The notes under the pieces were generated by a model that made no database searches, had not been told where the DNA came from, and worked only from the letters and a program-made list of their open reading frames with translations. Shown here piece after piece: positions 1 to 4,671 of a stretch of DNA of 4,746 nt. This DNA comes from a virus (Duplodnaviria; Heunggongvirae; Uroviricota; Caudoviricetes). Each line of letters opens with the position of its first letter. Within the stretch, counting starts at the first letter, position 1. The position numbers were made by a program, and so were the translations under genes. Location: the IMG/VR virus record IMGVR_UViG_2675903595_000009; one strand, given 5' to 3'.

Positions 1-41
1 GCTTTGAACTCTTTAGAGTAACGTTGGGTTTTTCTGCTCAT
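1..41 (-). CDS. IS3-family transposase OrfA, N-terminal 13 codons only (5' partial gene running off the window)
   Basis: ATG at 39..41 (minus strand) with an AAGGAG SD 6 nt upstream; translation MSRKTQRYSKEFK(A). It is absent from the supplied ORF track because it is too short within the window. Confidence 0.4.
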   Translation of the reverse strand, partial: MSRKTQRYSKEFK

Positions 42-105
42 TATTAGCTCCTTCTGATGCCATTCTATTTCAGGAAGGAGTGTCCGTTAAACTCAGGCTA
101 CCTCA
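1..105 (-). mobile_element. Putative left end of an IS3-family insertion sequence (IS600-like), partial; the element continues beyond the window start. The inner boundary is uncertain (somewhere between ~70 and ~105).
   Basis: The minus strand reads 5'-TGAGGTAGCCTGAGTTTAACGGACAC...GAAGGAGCTAATA-ATG-AGC-AGA-AAA-ACC-CAA-CGT-TAC-TCT-AAA-GAG-TTC-AAA-3'. It starts with TGA like IS3-family inverted repeats, and about 66 nt further in a strong SD (AAGGAG, 6-nt spacer) precedes an ATG. The ORF running off the window start encodes MSRKTQRYSKEFK, which matches my memory of IS3-family OrfA N-termini (IS600-like). Only 13 codons are visible. Confidence 0.4.
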
Positions 106-159
106 GGTTATTCGCTTCTGGGCATGGGCGGATCAACAAATGATAGACGGTAATGCAGA

Positions 160-182
160 TTGTAACGCTCGCGGCGTTACAA
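160..182. repeat. Inverted repeat TTGTAACGC-N5-GCGTTACAA (core GTAACGC-N5-GCGTTAC); putative binding site for a dimeric protein, possibly an origin iteron
   Basis: Read directly: 9-bp perfect arms at 160..168 and 174..182 with a 5-bp spacer. The same 7-bp core arms recur at 371..389. Confidence 0.5.
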
Positions 183-370
183 AAAGTGCAATAGATCGCA
201 TCACTTTTATGTCTGGTTTTGCTGATGCGTTAATTCAGGTTGGATGGCTGGTCGAAAATGACGGAGGGCTTTCTCTACCTAACTTTGAACGTCATAACGG
301 AAAAAGCTCTAAAAAAAACGGGCGGTTACAAACGAGCGAGTAACAAAAATACGCGAACTGAAACGAAAAG

Positions 371-389
371 GTAACGCTGCCAGCGTTAC
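371..389. repeat. Second copy of GTAACGC-N5-GCGTTAC (a 19-bp near-perfect palindrome, GTAACGCTG-C-CAGCGTTAC); an extra GCGTTAC half-site lies at 406..412
   Basis: Read directly; identical core arms and spacer length to the 160..182 site. Both lie inside the replication-initiator reading frame, as lambdoid ori iterons lie inside gene O. Confidence 0.5.
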
Positions 390-414
390 ACAAACGGATC
401 AAAAAGCGTTACCA

Positions 415-432
415 GAGGAAGAGGAAGAGGAA
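415..432 (+). repeat. (GAGGAA)x3 hexanucleotide tandem repeat encoding an acidic EEEEEE stretch (frame 1) in the initiator linker
   Basis: Read directly: gaggaagaggaagaggaa. Confidence 0.85.
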
Positions 433-788
433 GATCTAAATACTGATCTCCCCCTCGCCAAAAACGAGCGTCTAAAAAATTCGAGCCGGAGGCTATTGAG
501 CTGCCCGATTGGTTGCCGGAAACACTCTGGCATGAGTGGGTCCGGTTCAGACAGGCATTGCGAAAACCGATTCGAACGGAGCAGGGCGCTAACGGGGCGA
601 TACGGGAACTGGAAAAATTCCGTCAGCAGGGTTTTACACCTGAGCAGGTGATTCGACACAGCATCGCCAATGAATACCAGGGCCTGTTCGCGCCGAAAGG
701 TGTTCGGCCTGAGACGTTGCTCCGACAGGTTAACACCGTCTCGTTGCCGGACAGTGCGATCCCGCCAGGCTTCAGGGGGTAACGGACC

Positions 789-1221
789 ATGAAAAATATT
801 GCGACAGGCGGCGTTCTGGAACGCATCCGCCGACTGACCCCGCCACATGTAACCGCCCCATTCAGAACGGTAGCGGAGTGGCGCGAGTGGCAACTTGCTG
901 AAGGCCAGAAACGTAGCGAGGAGATCAACCGCCTGAATCGCCAGTTGCGGGTGGAAAAAATTCTGAATCGCTCAGGCATCCAGCCGTTGCACCGTAAATG
1001 CTCGTTTGCGAATTACCAGGTGCAGAACGACGGCCAGCGATACGCGTTAAGCCAGGCGAAATCCATCGCCGATGAACTGATGACCGGGTGTACAAATTTT
1101 GCGTTCAGCGGAAAACCTGGTACCGGGAAGAATCACTTAGCGGCAGCTATCGGGAATCGCCTGCTGAAAGACGGTCAGACAGTGATTGTGGTTACCGTGG
1201 CTGATGTTATGAGCGCCCTGC
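789..1221 (+). CDS. DnaC-family helicase loader (phage P-like / IstB-like AAA+ ATPase), 3' end lost in the assembly gap
   Basis: ATG at 789. The translation contains the Walker A motif FSGKPGTGKNHLAAAIG and the segments NRSGIQPLHRKCSFANY and VTVADVMSAL, which align with E. coli DnaC as I recall it (NRSGIRPLHQNCSFENY ... FSGKPGTGKNHLAAAI ... ITVADIMSAM). The ORF-track extension through the N run (to 1781) is an artefact. Confidence 0.9.
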
Positions 1222-1661
1222 NNNNNNNNNNNNNNNNNNNNNNNNNNNNNNNNNNNNNNNNNNNNNNNNNNNNNNNNNNNNNNNNNNNNNNNNNNNNNNN
1301 NNNNNNNNNNNNNNNNNNNNNNNNNNNNNNNNNNNNNNNNNNNNNNNNNNNNNNNNNNNNNNNNNNNNNNNNNNNNNNNNNNNNNNNNNNNNNNNNNNNN
1401 NNNNNNNNNNNNNNNNNNNNNNNNNNNNNNNNNNNNNNNNNNNNNNNNNNNNNNNNNNNNNNNNNNNNNNNNNNNNNNNNNNNNNNNNNNNNNNNNNNNN
1501 NNNNNNNNNNNNNNNNNNNNNNNNNNNNNNNNNNNNNNNNNNNNNNNNNNNNNNNNNNNNNNNNNNNNNNNNNNNNNNNNNNNNNNNNNNNNNNNNNNNN
1601 NNNNNNNNNNNNNNNNNNNNNNNNNNNNNNNNNNNNNNNNNNNNNNNNNNNNNNNNNNNNN
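1222..1661. other. Assembly gap (440 N)
   Basis: Run of n characters; the real sequence is unknown. Confidence 0.99.
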
Positions 1662-1677
1662 AGTTTCAGGAGGATTT

Positions 1678-2100
1678 ATGGCGAAACCTTTTACTCCCGA
1701 ACAGCGGGAAGAACTGAAGACGCGAATTGTGGAACTCGTGCATCAGGACGGTCGGGTCACGATTCGGCAGTTGTCAGATGAAACAGGTATCAGTCGTGCG
1801 TCTGTCGGTCGCTTATGCATAGAACTGGTCGCAAGTGGTGATGTATATAATTCTGGCTACGGCTTATTCCCGTCTGAACAGGCTCGCAAGGACTGGCAAA
1901 GCGCCCGCAAAAAACTCTCGAGAGTAAAGGTGAGGAAACCGGTTGTTGTTGATCCGGACCTTATCTGGTCATTACCTGACGGAGAAATACGCCGCTACGA
2001 CAGGCGCCTGAATATAATCTGTCGCGAGTGCCGGAAGAGCGAAGCTATGCAGCGTGTACTGGCTTTCTATCAGGGTAATTTTCAGGAGGCGATACTGTGA
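1678..2100 (+). CDS. Hypothetical protein, 140 aa, with a predicted N-terminal winged-HTH-like region; function unknown
   Basis: ATG at 1678 preceded by a strong SD (AGGAGGA, 1668..1674). The N-terminus (IVELVHQDGRVTIRQLSDETGISRASVGRLCIELVASGDV) has the look of an HTH DNA-binding domain. The reading frame is open back into the gap, so a longer protein starting inside the gap cannot be excluded. Confidence 0.6.
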   Translation: MAKPFTPEQREELKTRIVELVHQDGRVTIRQLSDETGISRASVGRLCIELVASGDVYNSGYGLFPSEQARKDWQSARKKLSRVKVRKPVVVDPDLIWSLPDGEIRRYDRRLNIICRECRKSEAMQRVLAFYQGNFQEAIL

Positions 2101-2157
2101 ATGAAATTAGCTATCAGGCTTCAATTACCGCTGGCATTCGCATCAAAGGAGAGGAGC

Positions 2158-2514
2158 ATGGAAATAAAACCAGAAGATGAGTTAAGCAATATCGTTTTAT
2201 TTCCGGTAAAAGAGGATGACCCTCGTAATCAGGTTAATTTTCTTTATGAGCCATCGGAAAGACCATATTGCCATCACGCCTCTGTACGGGTTGACGAAAA
2301 AGAGCGTCAGGTCCGCTGTAAAATCTGCGGTGCGGTTGTGGAGCCGTTTGACTGGATGCTCTCTGTGGCAAAAAGAGAAACCAGACTGGCAGATGATGTA
2401 AGGCTATTGCGCCAGGAGGAACAGGAAAGGCGGAGAAATATAGAAAAGCTGATACAGATTGAGCGTAACGCGAAAGCGCGGATACGCAGGGCGACAAAAT
2501 CCAGAACTGAATAA
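2158..2514 (+). CDS. Hypothetical zinc-ribbon protein (C-H-H ... C-x2-C) with a basic coiled-coil C-terminus, 118 aa from the preferred start; function unknown
   Basis: ATG at 2158 with SD AGGAG at 2147..2151 (6-nt spacing). The in-frame ATG at 2101 directly abuts the upstream stop (TGA-ATG), giving a 137-aa alternative. Motif YCHHASVRVDEKERQVRCKICG; the C-terminal 40 residues are rich in R, K, E and Q. Confidence 0.55.
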   Translation: MEIKPEDELSNIVLFPVKEDDPRNQVNFLYEPSERPYCHHASVRVDEKERQVRCKICGAVVEPFDWMLSVAKRETRLADDVRLLRQEEQERRRNIEKLIQIERNAKARIRRATKSRTE

Positions 2515-2661
2515 TTAAATTTAGCACTGTTAAAAATTTAATCCTTAACCGGAGGGATTTCTGCACCCTCAAATCATCAGGAGACCACCCGAAAGGGCGG
2601 GGAGCAGTCACACATCTGTTTCCGATAGCCCCGTTCTAATGCTACACTCTTTGATATTTTT

Positions 2662-3348
2662 ATGACCCCAATAAACATATTTATGACAGTTGCTGATTTC
2701 AAACGGCCCAAATTGGAGCTCCCAAACGGGGCAAACAAACTACTACTGCACTCTTGCTGTGCTCCATGTTCCGGTGAGGTGATGGAGGCGCTTCAGGCCT
2801 CGGGAATCGACTACACCATCTTTTTCTACAACCCGAACATTCATCCTCAGAAAGAGTATTTAATTCGTAAGGATGAGAATATTCGCTTTGCTGAACAACA
2901 CGGCGTGCCGTTTATTGATGCTGATTACGACACAGACAACTGGTTTGAACGAGCCAAAGGAATGGAATGGGAGCCCGAACGAGGGATCCGTTGCACCATG
3001 TGTTTTGACATGCGTTTTGAGCGGACAGCGCTGTACGCCGCTGAAAATGGTTTCAGTGTGATCAGCAGTTCACTGGGCATTTCACGCTGGAAAAATATGC
3101 AGCAGGTTAACGACTGTGGGCGGCGAGCCGTCGCGCATTATCCGGGCATGGTGTACTGGGATTATAACTGGCGCAAGCAGGGCGGCTCGTCCCGTATGAT
3201 TGAAATCAGCAAGCGCGAAAAATTCTATCAGCAGGAATATTGTGGCTGTGTGTATTCTCTGCGCGATACCAATCTACACCGCAAATCTCAGGGACGCCCT
3301 CTTATCAAAATTGGTCAACTCCACTACGGTAAAGAAGAGAAGGAGTGA
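2662..3348 (+). CDS. queH: QueH-like epoxyqueuosine reductase (DUF208 family), 228 aa; looks intact
   Basis: Family hallmarks are present: [46 protein letters not shown] and [10 protein letters not shown] (Cys pattern CCxxC ... CxxC ... CxC). Alternative in-frame start at 2683. No obvious SD before either ATG. Confidence 0.8.
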   Translation: MTPINIFMTVADFKRPKLELPNGANKLLLHSCCAPCSGEVMEALQASGIDYTIFFYNPNIHPQKEYLIRKDENIRFAEQHGVPFIDADYDTDNWFERAKGMEWEPERGIRCTMCFDMRFERTALYAAENGFSVISSSLGISRWKNMQQVNDCGRRAVAHYPGMVYWDYNWRKQGGSSRMIEISKREKFYQQEYCGCVYSLRDTNLHRKSQGRPLIKIGQLHYGKEEKE

Positions 3349-3369
3349 TTTTATGGGGCACCTTTCTGA

Positions 3370-3399
3370 TTGATTTCATATTGGCGAGGTAAGTAGAAT
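3370..3399 (+). promoter_or_regulatory. Putative sigma70 promoter of the mok/hok mRNA (-35 TTGATT at 3370..3375, 18-bp spacer, -10 TAGAAT at 3394..3399)
   Basis: Hexamers read directly. The predicted transcript start near 3406 (GGGUGCUUGAGGCU...) resembles the 5' end of plasmid R1 hok mRNA as I recall it, and a 5' stem-loop lies at 3409..3433. Confidence 0.35.
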
Positions 3400-3454
3400 G
3401 ACTGCGGGTGCTTGAGGCTATCTGCTTCAGGCATGAACACCAAAAGGCAGATAG

Positions 3455-3527
3455 AGAAAAGCCCCAGTTAACATTACGCGTCCGGCAAGACGCTTAACAT
3501 TAATCTGAGGCCAATTTCATGCTTTGC
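3455..3527 (-). ncRNA. sok: Putative Sok-like antisense RNA overlapping the mok SD and start codon; coordinates approximate, 3' end not determined
   Basis: Placed by inference from hok/sok locus architecture plus a minus-strand promoter-like element at 3534..3562. No clear terminator was identified for it. Confidence 0.3.
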
Positions 3528-3731
3528 ACATGTAGGTTAGCCTCTTACATGCCGAAAGGCAAGGAGAAGCAGGCTATGAAGCAGCAAAAGGCGATGTTAA
3601 TCGCCCTGATCGTCATCTGTTTAACCGTCATAGTGACGGCACTGGTAACGAGGAAAGACCTCTGTGAGGTACGAATCCGAACCGGCCAGACGGAGGTCGC
3701 TGTCTTCGTAGACTACGAATCCAGGAAGTAA
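3519..3731 (+). CDS. mok: Mok-like reading frame (in-frame N-terminal extension of hok), 70 aa
   Basis: ATG at 3519 with a GAGG SD about 8 nt upstream. The N-terminus MLCTCR... resembles E. coli MokC (MLNTCR...) from memory; it shares frame and stop with hok. Confidence 0.55.
   Translation: MLCTCRLASYMPKGKEKQAMKQQKAMLIALIVICLTVIVTALVTRKDLCEVRIRTGQTEVAVFVDYESRK
3534..3562 (-). promoter_or_regulatory. Candidate sok promoter on the minus strand (-35 TTGCCT = plus 3557..3562; 17-bp spacer; -10 TAACCT = plus 3534..3539)
   Basis: Hexamers read from the reverse complement; the position inside the mok 5' coding region matches known hok/sok loci. The hexamers are only a moderate match to consensus. 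Confidence 0.25.
3576..3731 (+). CDS. hok: Hok/Gef-family type I toxin (HokD/RelF-like), 51 aa
   Basis: ATG at 3576 with SD AAGGAG (3561..3566). The translation MKQQKAMLIALIVICLTVIVTALVTRKDLCEVRIRTGQTEVAVFVDYESRK has the family's single transmembrane helix and conserved Cys; the first ~44 residues match E. coli HokD as I recall it, and the C-terminal 7 residues differ. Confidence 0.85.
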   Translation: MKQQKAMLIALIVICLTVIVTALVTRKDLCEVRIRTGQTEVAVFVDYESRK

Positions 3732-3739
3732 GAGTGACC

Positions 3740-3767
3740 GGGCGGGGAGCTGATCCCATCCCCGCCC
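3740..3767 (+). other. Perfect 9-bp stem-loop (GGGCGGGGA / TCCCCGCCC, 10-nt loop) 9 nt after the hok stop; candidate 3' structural element of the hok mRNA
   Basis: Read directly. It is not followed by a U-run, so it is probably not the terminator itself. Confidence 0.4.
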
Positions 3768-3807
3768 ACCTCTGATGTGTCAGGCATCCTCAACGCACCC
3801 GCACTTA

Positions 3808-3852
3808 ACCCGCCCATCGCTGTGATCTCTCAGCGTTTCGGCGGGTTTTTTG
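3808..3852 (+). terminator. Rho-independent terminator of the hok transcript
   Basis: GC-rich extended hairpin (CCCGCC 3809..3814 pairs with GGCGGG 3840..3845; inner stem CGCTG/CAGCG) followed by T6 at 3846..3851. Confidence 0.6.
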
Positions 3853-3871
3853 TTGTTTATTTCCGGTGAAT

Positions 3872-3899
3872 TTGATTCGCGCACCTTCGCAGATAGAAT
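3872..3899 (+). promoter_or_regulatory. Putative sigma70 promoter for the downstream small-gene operon (-35 TTGATT at 3872..3877, 16-bp spacer, -10 TAGAAT at 3894..3899)
   Basis: Hexamers read directly; they are the same two hexamers as the putative hok promoter. Confidence 0.3.
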
Positions 3900-3980
3900 C
3901 GACTCACTTAAGTAGCGCGCAGGGAGAAGAGGGATGGACCCCGAACAGGGGAGAGCTATTTATCTGGAAGGATTCTGAAG

Positions 3981-4268
3981 ATGAAAATCGAAGAATTGCG
4001 TGAAATTTTTAGTGAAAATGGCCTCTATGCTGTGCGCGTTGAGAATGGAGCGATTGTCAGCCATTGCCGCATTAGATGTTTGCAATCTCAACAAAGGAAG
4101 AGCGGTGCTGTGTTATTTTATTTTTGTAATGGACTTCTGACGGACGGTTTTATTTTGCGTGAGGACGAATTTGTCACATCATTACGGGTTTTGAAAGAGA
4201 TTGGTTTTAAGGCTGGTTTTCTGCTTTTGCTGAAGAATAAACTCATCTACAATCTTGAGCAGGATTGA
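3981..4268 (+). CDS. Hypothetical protein, 95 aa, no recognised family
   Basis: ATG at 3981 with SD GGAAGGA (3966..3972). A 14-codon upstream ORF (3934..3978) ends 2 nt before this ATG. Confidence 0.45.
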   Translation: MKIEELREIFSENGLYAVRVENGAIVSHCRIRCLQSQQRKSGAVLFYFCNGLLTDGFILREDEFVTSLRVLKEIGFKAGFLLLLKNKLIYNLEQD

Positions 4269-4306
4269 ACTCCTGCTGTGTAACACCGTGCCACCGGAGA
4301 AAGCCG

Positions 4307-4660
4307 ATGGCACATATACAACTGGTCAAACAAACCTCTTCCGGATTACTTCTCCCGGCGACGCCGGAGAGTTGCGATTTTCTGCATCAAATCAAAATAG
4401 GTGAGTGGATACACGCAGACTTTAAGCGTGTGTGTAACTACGCATTCCACAAGCGTTTTTTCAAACTCCTGCAACTGGGTTTCGATTACTGGACTCCGGT
4501 CGGTGGGGCGATCACGCCTCGCGAACGAAAACTGGTGTCCGGTTTCGTTGATTACCTGTGTGAATCAGTAGGCCGGGAACATACGCCAGCTCTGAGCGAA
4601 GCCGCAGAGCAATTGAGGTGTACTGGCAATAGCGGACACTACCATTTGTTCTTTTTTTAA
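4307..4660 (+). CDS. Hypothetical protein, 117 aa from the ATG at 4307 (the ORF track's 4265 start is a TTG overlapping the upstream stop); the C-terminus may be affected by a T7 homopolymer
   Basis: SD GGAGA (4296..4300) 6 nt before the ATG; the ORF ends ...HYHLFFF* inside the T7 run 4652..4658. Confidence 0.5.
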   Translation: MAHIQLVKQTSSGLLLPATPESCDFLHQIKIGEWIHADFKRVCNYAFHKRFFKLLQLGFDYWTPVGGAITPRERKLVSGFVDYLCESVGREHTPALSEAAEQLRCTGNSGHYHLFFF

Positions 4661-4671
4661 GCAGCCATCTG

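Larger units (their letters stand above)
80..782 (+). pseudogene. Phage replication-initiator / primosomal protein with a DnaT-like C-terminal domain, split across three frames by two -1 shifts (or sequencing errors) at poly-A runs; the N-terminus may be truncated or replaced by the IS end.
   Basis: ORF 80..343 (frame 2) stops at TAA 341..343. Frame 1 is open from 313 to 651 and encodes ...KKRAVTNERVTKIRELKRKGNAASVTQTDQKALPEEEEEEDLNTDLPLAKNERLK. Frame 0 is open from 447 to 782 and encodes ...KKFEPEAIELPDWLPETLWHEW...NTVSLPDSAIPPGFRG*. The third segment has no ATG or GTG start (only TTG at 513), so it is not an independent gene. The frame switches coincide with A8 (311..318) and A6 (474..479). 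The C-terminal tail resembles E. coli DnaT (...NTVSEPDSQIPPGFRG) as recalled from memory. The stop at 780..782 lies 7 nt before the DnaC-like start, the same layout as a dnaT-dnaC operon. Confidence 0.6.

Noticed and set aside
513-782. An independent 89-aa gene starting at TTG 513
   Set aside because: The frame is open upstream to 447 with no ATG or GTG start, and the preceding frame encodes contiguous initiator sequence. This is the C-terminal segment of the frameshifted initiator gene, not a separate gene.
399-893. 164-aa minus-strand ORF from the six-frame track
   Set aside because: It lies entirely antisense to the replication-initiator and DnaC-like coding sequence, is rich in Arg and Ser as expected for antisense of a coding frame, and has no convincing SD. 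Judged spurious.
623-979. 118-aa minus-strand ORF
   Set aside because: Antisense to the initiator/dnaC-like junction and overlapping the other antisense ORF; no supporting signals.
789-1781. 330-aa ORF spanning the N run
   Set aside because: The part through and after the gap is an artefact of translating N as X. Only 789..1221 is supported, and the post-gap tail (SFRRIYGETF...) is in a different frame from the real downstream gene.
2216-2401. 61-aa ORF embedded in an alternative frame within the zinc-ribbon gene
   Set aside because: Fully nested in a better-supported gene, with no SD.
2551-2586. Possible preQ1-I riboswitch upstream of queH (5-bp stem, 9-nt loop, followed by a tail)
   Set aside because: The hairpin size is superficially similar, but the loop and tail do not match the conserved preQ1-I nucleotides as I remember them, the 3' tail is not A-rich, and preQ1 riboswitches normally control preQ1 synthesis or transport genes rather than the oQ reductase. 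Not supportable without a covariance-model search.
2595-2605. 11-mer GGGCGGGGAGC shared between the queH upstream spacer and the post-hok stem-loop (3740..3750)
   Set aside because: A single shared 11-mer in a 4.7-kb window is within chance expectation (roughly 1-3 such pairs expected), and the surrounding sequence is not similar.
2234-2611. 125-aa minus-strand ORF
   Set aside because: Antisense to the zinc-ribbon gene and extending into the intergenic region; weak start context; composition typical of antisense frames.
2873-3061. 62-aa ORF nested in the queH-like gene
   Set aside because: Alternative frame inside a gene with clear family motifs; no independent signals.
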